Below are positions 13,941 to 26,544 of a stretch of 64,000 bases of DNA, in pieces. Position 1 is the first letter of the stretch. Each line of letters starts with the position of its first letter. The position numbers were made by a program, and so were the translations under genes. The notes beneath the pieces are model-generated. The model saw nothing but the letters and a program-made list of their open reading frames with translations, searched no databases and had not been told where the DNA came from. Origin of the DNA: Neocallimastix sp. 'constans' (taxonomy: Eukaryota); contig JBODTK010000147.1 of the NCBI GenBank assembly GCA_050613775.1, positions 1 to 64,000 on the forward strand, in the 5' to 3' direction.

Positions 13941-14250
13941 CATAACATAAATATATGTTATTTATATTATTTGTTATTTTCATTATTTTAATCATTCATA
14001 ACATAAATATATGTTATTTATATTATTTGTTATTTTCATTATTTTAATCATTCATAACATAAATATATGTTATTTATATTATTTGTTATTTTCATTATTT
14101 TAATCATTCATAACATAAATATATGTTATTTATATTATTTGTTATTTTCATTATTTTAATCATTCATAACATAAATATATGTTATTTATATTAATTGTTA
14201 TTTTCATTAAATTAATCATTTATAACATAAATATATGCTATTTATATTAT
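13941..14250. repeat. 56-bp tandem repeat (about 5.5 copies) abutting the stop codon of the DUF4832-like gene; each unit contains a hairpin
   Basis: Unit CATAACATAAATATATGTTATTTATATTATTTGTTATTTTCATTATTTTAATCATT starts at 13941, 13997, 14053, 14109, 14165 and (partial) 14221. Internal inverted repeat ATAACATA-aata-TATGTTAT. Confidence 0.92.
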
Positions 14251-16899
14251 TTATTGATTATCGGTGAGGATATATTTAGCCCATTGCATATTTTCTTTAT
14301 TGGTACACTTATCGACACGAGGAGTCATAGAATAATAAAGACATAAAAGATTACCATTGTTATCCTTTAAATGATCTCCATTCTTTTTGTAAACATCAAT
14401 AGAATTAGTGAAAGATTCTCCATACATGAATTTATGTTGAGCTTTGGAGCATTCAACAACACTAAGGTAATTATAGCCTTGATCACTTAAGTAAGTACCT
14501 AAATCTAAACAGTAATTTGATGGTTTTCCATTATTACCATAAGTAGCATTGGATAAATATAAGAGGGAAGGTGAACTTTCACTGTAAATATGCCAAGTAC
14601 GATATTTAGCACTAGCTGTATCATTCTCTTCCTTAATATTAAAGTTTTTATATTCTTTTAATTCTTGAACCCCTAAATATTGATTGCTATTAGCATTAGG
14701 TAACATTCCCTTATATTTGACAGTAGTAAACTCAAGAGAAAGATTACTTTTCTTCCAACTCATGTTTTTCTTACTACCTGAAATACTACATTTATCAACT
14801 CTTGGGGTCATTGAATAGTAGAGACATAAGTTGTTCTTGTTACTATCAACGAGATGATTACCATTCAAATCATAAACATCAATTGAATTAGAATAAGATT
14901 TTCCATACATAAACTTATGTTTAGCTATGGAACACTTTACAATACTAAGGAAATTATATCCATTACTGTTAGTATAAGTACCTAAATCTAAACAATATTC
15001 AGAAGGTTCTCCAATATTACCAAAACTACCATTAGATAAATATAAAAGAGAAGGCTTGGATTCAGAATCTACATGCCATGTACGATATTTAGCGCTAGTA
15101 GTATCTGTTAATTCGTATATATTGAAGTTTTCATATTCTTTCAATTCTGGAACACCTAAATAGAAATTATCAGTATTGTCTAACATACCTTTAAATTTAA
15201 TAGTTGCATATTTTGAGTTAAATGGTTCTGTGGTGCTTATAGGTTTAGAAGGATTAATTTCAGGGTCTTTTGGAGGATTAGTTTTATTACCACCTTTATT
15301 AGTTCCTACGATAGAAAATTCTCCAAGATAGTTAGCACCTAGTGATTCATTCCATATGTTTTTATCATTATTTGCAAATCTAATAGGATAGCCGTTTAAA
15401 CCACCATTTCTGTTGGAAGCTATTCTTAAATATAATTTGTACTTTCCATTTGGCATGTTACTAGGAAGAATACCTTCAATATTAACTACGGCTGTTTCTT
15501 TAGACCACCATTGGCATGGATTCTTATTACTAATCCTTAATGAATCAGTTAAATAATATATCTTGTTATTTTTGTCAGTCATTATAACATAAAGTGATTT
15601 TGGTTTTATAAGATTACCAAATCCAACATTTTTAATGCTAATTTCAGCACCAAACATGCCATTGCTTTCAGCTTCTGTTGTGAGAAGAACTTTACTTACA
15701 ACATATCTATAACCAAGATGATTTTCAATATATTTATATTCTTTTTGACCTTCATAGTTTCCAAAAAAACTTGAACATACCCTTTTCTGTAAGTTTTCAA
15801 TAGTTGCTTCATAAAAACCGGCATTTAAATAACTTGTGTGAGTTTTAAAAGCTTCAGTACTGATTTGTTGACCATTAGGTTTATCATTAGTAATTCCAAA
15901 TTCACCACCAAATAATGTATGAGTTGCTTGGTTAGATAACCAAGCTACTTCTTTGGTTCTATTATTGTATGTACCAATGTCATTTGCTGATGCAAAATAG
16001 GCATCATTGAAAATACCAATTCTGTATCCTGGATCACTTGAAGATGGCTTATGCTTTGAAATATCAGATATGGAAACTTTAAGAACATCCTTATTATAAT
16101 CAATATATTGCTTTATAGTTCTTACAGTTAATGTAATAGATTTTGGTAAAATTTCTAACCATTTTTTTATTGTTTTATTAATAAATTCTATTTTCATTTT
16201 TTGAACTGATTCGACGTTACTTTCATACATTTCACCATAGTAACCAAATAATCCACATTCAACCGAAGCAATAACATCATCATAAGTTTTAAAAATGTTC
16301 TTTATTTGATCTAAATGTATTAATACTCTATCGATATTAGGTTCAGTAGTTTTATACTTTTTATCAAAGCCTTTATGATATGAAAATCTAACAACTGCTG
16401 TTTGACGATTTTTCTTTAATGTTTCAAAAAATCTATTCAAAAAACTAATTGCTTCCTCATCAAAAGATTTACTTTGAAAATCTGAAATGTCAATTAAAGC
16501 ACGAACTAAACTTGTTGATGGAATATAATCAATATAACTACCCTTATTTCTTTTTATAAAGACATAGGCTTGCTTATAAAAACCTCTATAAGGATTAGCT
16601 ACTTCAGAAAGAGATTCCTCATATTTAATGAATTTTACAGATTGAAGTCCGGTAGTTGATTTTTTAACTAAAGTTCTACCATCATTTTCAACAGTTGCAT
16701 TTAAATTTAAATCCAAATCTAAATAGGCTTCTTCTTTTTCTAATGAGATTTCATCTTTAGCTACATTATGATAATAATCATAATTGTCAGAGGATAAACC
16801 AGAAGCGTCAGAATTTAGAGTAGGTTTACAGTTAACTCTAATATTATTATTTATCAATAATAATGATAATAATAAAATATTTGAGATAAATGCTTTCAT
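14251..16899 (-). CDS. Secreted DUF4874/DUF4832-like protein (putative glycoside hydrolase-like) with two C-terminal ricin-B/beta-trefoil-like repeats; 882 aa, intronless
   Basis: Single long ORF with a hydrophobic signal peptide. Motifs NPYRGFY, VVRFSY, GLFGYYGEM, RIGIFNDAYFAS..D.GTY, GGEFG, HLGYRYVV, I.NVGFG and Y.LYLRI are typical of DUF4874+DUF4832 proteins. A Pro/Lys linker is followed by two repeats of about 160 aa (RTWH...YCLDLG...C...LCLYY...KC...W). No dockerin. Confidence 0.85.
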   Translation of the reverse strand: MKAFISNILLLSLLLINNNIRVNCKPTLNSDASGLSSDNYDYYHNVAKDEISLEKEEAYLDLDLNLNATVENDGRTLVKKSTTGLQSVKFIKYEESLSEVANPYRGFYKQAYVFIKRNKGSYIDYIPSTSLVRALIDISDFQSKSFDEEAISFLNRFFETLKKNRQTAVVRFSYHKGFDKKYKTTEPNIDRVLIHLDQIKNIFKTYDDVIASVECGLFGYYGEMYESNVESVQKMKIEFINKTIKKWLEILPKSITLTVRTIKQYIDYNKDVLKVSISDISKHKPSSSDPGYRIGIFNDAYFASANDIGTYNNRTKEVAWLSNQATHTLFGGEFGITNDKPNGQQISTEAFKTHTSYLNAGFYEATIENLQKRVCSSFFGNYEGQKEYKYIENHLGYRYVVSKVLLTTEAESNGMFGAEISIKNVGFGNLIKPKSLYVIMTDKNNKIYYLTDSLRISNKNPCQWWSKETAVVNIEGILPSNMPNGKYKLYLRIASNRNGGLNGYPIRFANNDKNIWNESLGANYLGEFSIVGTNKGGNKTNPPKDPEINPSKPISTTEPFNSKYATIKFKGMLDNTDNFYLGVPELKEYENFNIYELTDTTSAKYRTWHVDSESKPSLLYLSNGSFGNIGEPSEYCLDLGTYTNSNGYNFLSIVKCSIAKHKFMYGKSYSNSIDVYDLNGNHLVDSNKNNLCLYYSMTPRVDKCSISGSKKNMSWKKSNLSLEFTTVKYKGMLPNANSNQYLGVQELKEYKNFNIKEENDTASAKYRTWHIYSESSPSLLYLSNATYGNNGKPSNYCLDLGTYLSDQGYNYLSVVECSKAQHKFMYGESFTNSIDVYKKNGDHLKDNNGNLLCLYYSMTPRVDKCTNKENMQWAKYILTDNQ

Positions 16900-17107
16900 T
16901 TTATAATTTATTAATTTATCAATTTATAATAATTAATATTTTTAATTAAATATTATAAACAGGTAATATAATTTTTTTTTATTATGTAATTTAAAATAGA
17001 AATAAAAAACTTTTTTTTTTGTTTTTTTTGTTTTTTTATTCTATTAAATATTAAATAATATTAATAAAATGTTTTAGAGAAACAAAAAAAATTGATTAAA
17101 ATCATCT

Positions 17108-17116
17108 CTTTTTATA
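17108..17116 (-). promoter_or_regulatory. Putative TATA box (TATAAAAAG) of the DUF4832-like gene
   Basis: Lies about 210 bp upstream of the ATG. The TCTTCAAAAACTATAAAAAG context is retained in the inverted copy at about 26535-26554. The AT-rich background limits certainty. Confidence 0.4.
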
Positions 17117-17204
17117 GTTTTTGAAGAAAACAAATAAGATTTAAAAAAATATAATAAAGTATTGATAATAATAATAAAATTTTAAGAAAATAATAATTAT
17201 AATA

Positions 17205-17790
17205 TAACAACTATAAAATTGATTAATAGTTCTTTTATTATTTTATTTTATTAAATAAAAGAAAATTCTTTTAACATTTTTGACTTGAAAAAGTTTAAAC
17301 ATTAATCATAAATTACAAAAAAAAGAAGAAAAATTATAAAATGATAATTTTTTAATTTTAATTTAACTCTTTTTATTTTTTTACTTTTACATAATGAATA
17401 ATGAATAATAAAAATTTTAATTATTTTTTTATTTTTTTACTTTTACATAATGAATAATGAATAATAAAAATTTTAATTATTTTTTTTTTTTTTTACTTTT
17501 ACATAATGAATAATGAATAATAAAAATTTTAATTATTTAAAAAAAAAATGTTAACAACTATAAAATTGATTAATAGTTCTTTGATTATTTTATTTTATTA
17601 AATAAAAGAAAATTCTTTTAGCATTTTTGACTTGAAAAAGTTTAAACATTAATCATAAATTACAAAGAAAAAAAGAAAAATTATAAAATGATAAATTTAT
17701 AATTTTAATTTAACTCTTTTTATTTTTTTTTCTCTTTTACATAATGAATAATAAATAATAAAATTATAATTATTTAAAAAAAATGTTAAA
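17205..17790. repeat. Local tandem duplication (about 345-bp offset) with nested repeats of about 55-58 bp
   Basis: AACAACTATAAAATTGATTAATAGTTC occurs at about 17206 and 17552. TTTTACATAATGAATAAT occurs at about 17386, 17441, 17497 and 17735. Confidence 0.8.
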
Positions 17791-19074
17791 AATGATTAAA
17801 ATTTATAACATATAAAACAATTAATAAATAATTTTTTTAATCTATTTTTATATTATAAAATTTAATTTTTATATCTTTTTTTTTTTTTTTTTTAATAAAT
17901 ATGTATTAAGTAATAAATATCAATCTTGGATAAAATCTCTTTAGTTTTATTTACTATATGATATAAATATTTAATTAATTAAAATTGATTAAAATATTTG
18001 TTATTAAAACTTTATTTATTAAATAATTTTTATAAAATATTTAATATATATTTTTTTAATATTTTAATTTATTAATGAGTTAAATTTTGGATTTTATATA
18101 TAAAAAAGTTAAGAAATATATATAAAAGATTAGAATTAAAGTTTATATTTATATTTTAATTTTTAAAATAAATATATTAGTAAAAACACAAACTTTAAAT
18201 TTTATTATAATTAAAATAGAATAAAAAAGACTCAAAACTTTATTATTATGTTAATAAAATATAAGACACTCATTAAACTTTAATATTTATCAAATTTAAT
18301 ATAAACAAAAAAAAAAAAATTTTAAAAGAATTTTAATTAGTGATTAGTGGATTTGAGTGACATAATTATATTTTTATTTTTTTTTTTAAATATAGAAATA
18401 TATAAAATTTCTATGTAAATATTACTTTATACTAAAAATCAAATAATAATTTATTATAATTTGAAACATTTTATTAAATAAATTAAAAAAAATGTATTAT
18501 AAAAAAAATGTATTATAAAAAAAAATGAATTATTAAAAAAATATGTTTCAAGAATTAAAAAAAAAAATAATATTTAGAAATTCTAAAAATGTAACGTACT
18601 TGAATATAATGTTTTTATTATTTTTTCCCTTTTATACTATTAAAATATTGAAATTATATTTATTTTTTCTATATTTATCTCTTTTTTCTAATTATTTTAA
18701 AATCTAAAATTTTGATATATGATTCTATAATATGTATAATTATATTTATAATAAATTCTAATAAAAATAAAAAAAAAAAAAAACATTAAAACTAAACTAG
18801 AGAATACTTGATATTATTTAATACAATTACAATTAACATGTCTTTATACTTTCAATCATAAATTTATTCAAATTTTTAATTAAAATTTCTGATATCAGAA
18901 GTTTTAATGTTAATATTTAGAAATCTCTGAAATTTTTTATATAAGTTTTAATTATATAGAAAGTTTAGAAGAAATTTACATATATTATTATCTATTTTTT
19001 CATTTGTACTATTATGACAAATGAAAAAAAGGTCTTTAAAAAATTTATGAATCATTTTTATTTTCTTTCAAAAA

Positions 19075-19569
19075 AAGAAAAATCTAACGTCCGTCCCCCT
19101 CATATAATTATTATTAGAAAAGATACTATACTAACTTATAGGGTTATGCTAATACTCTAATTTAATATATTAAAGAAGGAATTACTGGCATTTTGGTACA
19201 TGATTTTATATATCAATGGGGATATATGTTTTACTATATTGCAATCTTTCTGACGTTTATGTATTTGCTAAGGGAGCTAGCACCAATCTCTATGGGTTAG
19301 GTTATAATAGCCTCTTTTCAAAGTGAAGTTATGAACTAGAGAAGTAAACACTGACGTTCAGGGAAAAGAAGATATTATTAATAAACACTAGAAGTACTGG
19401 GAGAAAAAAATACTAGAAAAATACTCAGAAATAATATGCATGTCAGAGTGCCTATGTTGGATATTCAGTAAGACTGTCCAGAAGGGGACAATATCTGCCT
19501 ATATGGAAGTGTGCTTCTATCTCAACATTCCTAAAGCCAAAGGCGGTACAACCCGGAAATAAAAAAAAA
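19075..19569 (+). mobile_element. About 0.5-kb A-tailed insertion (5'-truncated LINE end or SINE-like)
   Basis: GC-richer block absent from the paralogous copy, whose empty site reads TCTTTCAAAAATAAATATTTTAATTAG at about 23147. It is flanked by TCAAAAA at 19068-19074 and 19570-19576 (candidate target-site duplication) and ends ...ACCCGGAAATAAAAAAAAA. Confidence 0.6.
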
Positions 19570-22506
19570 TCAAAAATAATATTTTAATTAGATAAAAAAA
19601 CAAATAATTTAATTTTCATTTAATAATTTTTAAATTAATATATTTTTAATATTTGTAAATTTTTTCATATTAAAATAGATAAAATATATAGGCTTTAAAA
19701 GATAAAATAAAAAAATTATAAAATAATAATAGAAATAATTATAAATTATATTTTCATTAATAAATTTCTAATTATATTAAATTAGAAATTTGGAATTAAA
19801 ACTATTATTGTATCATAAAAATTAAAAAACTCATTTAAAATATTAATATATAGTATATATTATGATAATTGATTTTTTGTAATTATATTCATAATTTTAA
19901 AATCTTGTTAAAATAATGTAATTAAAATATTATTAAATAATTTAGTTATGTAAAAAATTATGAATAGGTAAAAAAATAAAAAATTTAAAAATAATAGTAA
20001 AAATAGTAAAATTAAATATATATATTTGCATATTTATTTATATTTTTTAATTAATAAAAAATTTGATAATAACAATAGGGAAAATTTTTTTATAATAAAA
20101 TATATATATTTTAACCATTTAAGTAAAAATTTAATTTAAAAGGAAATGTTCATATTATTTGTTTATAGAAAATTTCCGAAAAAGTTTTAATTAAATATTA
20201 ATTTTATTTTATTAAAATTTTGTAAAACTTTATTTCTATTTAATTTTATTGATTTGTTTATATTAATATAAATAAATAAATTAATGAATATTAATTTAAT
20301 AAATTAAGTTTTTATAATAAACACTTTATTAATCTTAATTATGTCTTTTTTTTTTTTTTTTTTATTGACAAATTATATAATAAATCAAAATAAAAAATTT
20401 ATCCATAATTTGAATTTAATATTATAATAAACTATGATATAAAATGAAAATAAAAACTTTAATTATTAATAAAATTATTTATTAATAATTACATAAAAAT
20501 ATATTTATAAATCATTTGAAAATATGTGATATAAAATAAACGTGAATTAATATAATTGGATAAAATTAAAATTATGTAAAAACATAAAATTATACAAGAA
20601 ATATAAAATGTAAAAATAAAATTTATAACATAAATTTTAAATTATGTAAAAATTGAAAATAATTTAATTTCATTTTATTATTTTCAAATTATTATATATT
20701 GATATTAATTTTATTATATTTTAATTATTTAAATATTTATTTATTTTATATTAATATTTTATATTTTATTATTTATAATAATTTTTTATTTTATTAATAT
20801 TTTATTTTCAATATTTTATTTTTAGGATTTTATTTTAATATATATTTCATTTTATACTTTTATATTAAATATAAAAATAAAAATGATTCTTTATTATTAT
20901 TTTTTACACAGTTTTATGGGATTTATTTAATAATATCTTTTAAATTTTTAATTAAGCAATAATTAAATATATGCACTGAATAAGTTATAATTACTTTTAA
21001 CTAATAAATAAATAAAATTATTACTAAATAAACAAAAATCCTAAATAAAACTTCTCTCAACAAGAAATATTCGAACCATTGAGTTCTTTATCAAATGTTC
21101 CTAAATATTTTTTTATAAAAAAGATATTAAATTTTTATTATTTAATTATTTAATTTTTTATTGGTATATATCATAATAAATTCTTATTATAATATAAATA
21201 TATAATTGAAAGTAAAATAATAATAATAAAATAGAAATAAATGAAAAAAAAAAAAAATAAAAAATTAATATGATTTATTTATAAATTTCATTAAATTTAC
21301 ACTATAATAAAATTTGAAAGAAAATTATAATAAAATGAACAAAATATCATTTTAAATATATTACATTTATATTTATGATAAATATTTTTTTACTTTGTTG
21401 TATTTTTTTGTCTTTTTGTTTTTCATTTTATATTCTAGTAATATTTTATATTAAAAAAATATATATTCGAAAATTCAACATTTCCATTTTTTACTTGTAA
21501 AAAAAAAAAAAAGAAATTGAATTTAAAAAAAATTTTTTTTGTAACAAATTATTATAAAAATATATTTGTTATTATAAATATATATTATAAATAAATATTT
21601 GTTATTATAAATATATATTATAAATAAATATATATTTATATTTATTATAAATATATTTTTAAACATTTCAAAGGTTTTTCTTTATTATATTAATATAAAT
21701 GAATAAACATAAAACAGTAATATAAATATATTATAATTAAATTTTAATACAACTCTATAAAAATCTACATAGATTAAAAATCAATTAAAATTTATAAACT
21801 CTTTTTTAAAATAAAAATTTTGAATATTTCTTTTTAAATATAAATATATTACAAAGAAAAGTTTTAGATTTCTTAAATTTTAATTTTGATATTTTTAAAA
21901 TTTTTATTAAAAACTGTTTCTTTTAATTATTTATAATTTATTCATATTAATTAAATAGAATTTTTTGTAAAGAAATTTATCAATAAAAAATTATAGTTAT
22001 AATTATTTCTATTATTATTTTATAATATTTTTTTTATTCTTTTATTTCTTAAAATATATATATATATATTATTTATTTTAATATAAAAAAATTGCTAAAA
22101 ATACAAGAATATTAATTATAAAATTATTTAATGAAAATTAAATTATTTCTTTTTTCTATCTAATTAAAATATCTATTTTTGAAAGAAAATAAAAATGATT
22201 CATTAAATTTTTTAGAAGACTTTTTTTTTATTTTGTTCATTTGTCATAATAGTACAATTGAAATATATTTTTTAATATTTTAATTTATTAATTTGGATTT
22301 TGGATATTATATATAAAAAAATAAAAAATTATATATATAAAGATAAAATTTATATTAAGACTTCAATTTTTAAAAGAAATAATAAGTAAAAAGCATAAAC
22401 TTTAAATTTATTATAATTAAAATAAAATAAAAAAGACACAAAACTCTAATTATTATTATAATAAAATAAAATAAAACCCATTAACTTCAATATTTATCAT
22501 ATTAAA

Positions 22507-22554
<48 letters not shown>

Positions 22555-23876
22555 AATTAGTAGATATGACTTAATTATTATACATAATATCTTATTTTTT
22601 TAATATAGAAATATGAAGGTCATATATAGAATTTCTATATAAATATTACTATATACTAAAAATAAAATATTTTTATAATATTTTGATACTTTTTTTAAAA
22701 AATTAATTTCAAATATTTTGAAACTTTTTTTTTTAAAAAAAAAGAAATTAATGACAAAAAATATATTAATATAAATCAAAATTCAATAATTTAATTAAAA
22801 GAAAAATAATTTAGAAATTCTAGAAGCATAAAGTACTTGAATATAATATTTTTATTATTTTTTTTTTGCCTTTATATCATTAAAATATTGAAATTTAACT
22901 TATATTTTCAATATTTATATCTCTTTTTCTAATTATTTTAAAACTTTGATTTATTATTTTATATTTAAATATAAATAATATTATGTTTTAATTTTATTTA
23001 TTTTCATAAATATAAATTCTGGTTTAATTATATAGAAAATTTAATAGATATTTAGATATATAATAATCTATTCATTTATTTATAAGATAAAGAAAAAAAA
23101 AAAAAAAAAAAAAAAAAACTTTTAAAAATTTGATGAATCATTTTTATCTTTCAAAAATAAATATTTTAATTAGATGGAAAAAAAATAATTTTCATTTAAT
23201 AATTTTAAAATATACAATTTTTTTTAATATTTTTTATATATAAAATGAATAATATATATATATATTTTAATAAACAATAATTATTATAAAATATTAATCT
23301 AAATAATAATAAATTATCCTTTTTATAATAAATTTCTTTTCGTATTAAATTATAAATTTAAAAGAAAGACTATTATTATTACAATTTCAAAAATTCTTTA
23401 AATTATTTTAGAATATATTTTTATTATAAAACAAAAATCGTCTTTAAATATATATAATAATAATAGTTGGTTTTAGTTATTATATTCATTATTCCAAAAT
23501 TTTAATGAAATATAATAATTATAATGTACTAAAAGAATTTAATTATATTAATATTATTAAATATATATATATATATAAATACATAATACGAAAAATTTAG
23601 AAATTCTAAATGTAAAATACTTTATTATCATACATAATCTCTTCTAATAATGAAAAAAATAGTAATATTAATTGTATATTTTTAATTTAAAGAAATTTTC
23701 CGAACAAATTTTAATTAAATATTTATTTTTTTATCATTTAATTTATATATATTAAATTTTTTCAAACTTTATTTATATTAAAATTTAATCAAAATATTAT
23801 AATTAAATATATTTTTTTTTTTTGGAAATTTTAATGAATATTAATTTAATAATTAATATAATTATTTAATTGATCT

Positions 23877-23909
<33 letters not shown>

Positions 23910-25168
23910 ATAAATTATATAATTAAAAATAAAAATAATTTATCGTTGATTTACATTTATTATAATTATTTCTATTATTATAAAGTAATAATAGAAATAA
24001 TTATAAATTATAGTTTTTATTAATAAATTTCTTTTAATTAAAATTTAACATTAAAATAAAGAATATTATTACAAGTAAAAAAAATATTCCAAATAATATT
24101 AATATAAATAATGATAAAAAAAAATATTTAATACATATAAATATATTTTTGTTATAATTGATTTTTAATTTTATCTTTATAAATCAAAAATATTTTTTAA
24201 AAAGAATAATTATGATATTAAATAAATAAAATTTTTTTAAATTAATATGAATCAATTATAAATAATTAATGAAAAAATTAAAAATTTTCAAATTAAGATT
24301 TAATAAATCAGAAATTTTTGAATAAAAAATATAATAAAAAGTTTTTTTCTTTAAAGTGTATTTATATTTAAAAAGATATGCTTAAAGATTTTAATTAAAA
24401 AAATTAGTAAAATCTTAATTAGTTGCTATTTAATGTGTATAGGATTTATATTAGAATCTAATTAAAATTTAATAAAAGTTAATATATATTATTCTTTTTA
24501 ATTATTTATTTATATTAGCATGATATATAAAAGCTTTTCAAATATATAAAAGATATTAAAATAGTTTTAGATTTTAATTAACATTTTTTAAAAGCCAACT
24601 TCCTATTACTACCAAAAAAATTATTAAATTTATAAAATTAAAAAATGAAAATTTAAAAATAATAAAAAATTATTTAAAAGAATTTATATATAAAGAATTT
24701 TCGACCATTAATATCGGATGCCTCTAATATATCTCCTGTAATATATGGCTCATAAATACCATTTATTTAAACTAATGTAAAAACCTAATTTATAAGATGT
24801 TTTCATACCAAATTAGATGATAATTTCAATTTTCAGAAGAGAGGTTTACATATATACATATATATTTTAGAGTTTCGTTCAATTTCAATTAATTTTAATA
24901 ATAATTAATTTTATAAAAAAATGAATTTTTTTAATCCAATTTCTTTTTTTTAAAAAAAAAATGGAAATATAGAAAATTCATATACCTAACTTTCATGTAA
25001 AAAAAAAGTTCTTAAAACATAAAATGAAAAATGAAAAATCAAAAAAATAATTCAAAAAGAATAAAAATATATATATATATCATAAATATAAATTTGTTAT
25101 ATTTTAAAGTATTTCGAATTTATTATATCATAGCTTTCTTTCAAATTTTATTATAATTTTAAATTAAA

Positions 25169-25327
25169 AGACTTTTAAAAGTCATTAATATTAAAAATAA
25201 AAAATAAAAAATAAGACTTTTAAAAGCCTTTAATATTAAAAATAAAAAATAAAAAATAAGACTTTTAAAAGCCATTAATATTAAAAATAAAAAATAAAAA
25301 ATAAGACTTTTAAAAGCCATTAATATT
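25169..25327. repeat. 45-bp tandem repeat (about 3.5 copies) with a palindromic core
   Basis: AGACTTTTAAAAG(T/C)C starts at 25169, 25214, 25259 and 25304. The first core, GACTTTTAAAAGTC, is a perfect 14-bp palindrome. Confidence 0.85.
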
Positions 25328-26277
25328 ATTTTTTATTTTTTATTTTATTTTTTTAATTTTATTTTAATTATTTTTCTTTTCTATTATTTATTAATAATAC
25401 AATATATATATGAAATATACTTTAAAAATTTAATAATTAGATTTTTATTATATAATTATTTTTTATTTAATAATAATTTGTTATAATAAATTTAATTATA
25501 TAATATATATAAAAAAAAAAAAAAAATTAAGATCAATTAAATAATTATAATTAAATTAATATTCATTAAAATTTTAAAAAAAATTTATATTTATATTATA
25601 ATATTTTGATTAAATTTCAATATAATTAAAGTTTGAAAAAATTTTATATATATAAATTAAATGATAAAAAAATAAATATTTAATTAAAATTTGTTCGGAA
25701 AATTTCTTTAAATTAAAAATATACAAATTTAATATTACTATTTTTTTCATTATTAGAAGAGATTATGTATGATAATAAATGTATTTTACATATAAATTTT
25801 AGAATTTCTATGTATTTTTTCATATACATATATTTAATAATATTATTATAATTAAATTCTTCTTTTAGTGAATTATAATTATTATACTTTATTAAAATTT
25901 TGGAATAATGAATATAATAACAAAAAACCAAATATTATTATATATATATTTAAAGATAATTTTTATTTTATAATAATTATATATTCTAAAATAATTTAAA
26001 GTATTTCTGATTTTATAATAATAATAGTTTTTCTTTTAAATTTATAATTTAATATAAAAAGAAATTTATTAATAAAAACCATAATTTATAATTATTTTGA
26101 TTATTACTTTATACTATTGTTTTAATTTTTTTTTGAAAACATATATATTTTATTTATTTTATAAATGAAAAAATATTAAAAAAAAATAATAGTATATTAA
26201 TTTTAAAATTATTTTTTTCCATCTAATTAAAATATTTATTTTTGAAAGAAAAAAAAATATTCATTAAACTTTAAAAG

Positions 26278-26309
<32 letters not shown>

Positions 26310-26544
26310 ATCAATTTTCAATTAATTTTTAAAAATTTTTCAAGTCATAATTTTTAAAAGAATTTTCTTTTATTTAAAAAAAATAGAATTATTAAAGCAA
26401 TATTAATCAATTCTATATTCATTATATTCTAATCTTTATTTTATTAATATTTTATTATTATTTTATTAATAATTTATTAAGATTTTATTAAAGTTACTAA
26501 TATTTTATTATATTTTATTATATCGTATATGTTCTCTTCAAAAA

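Noticed and set aside
13941..14250. CRISPR-like array of palindromic repeats
   Set aside because: The units are identical end to end with no unique spacers, there are no cas genes, and the context is eukaryotic.
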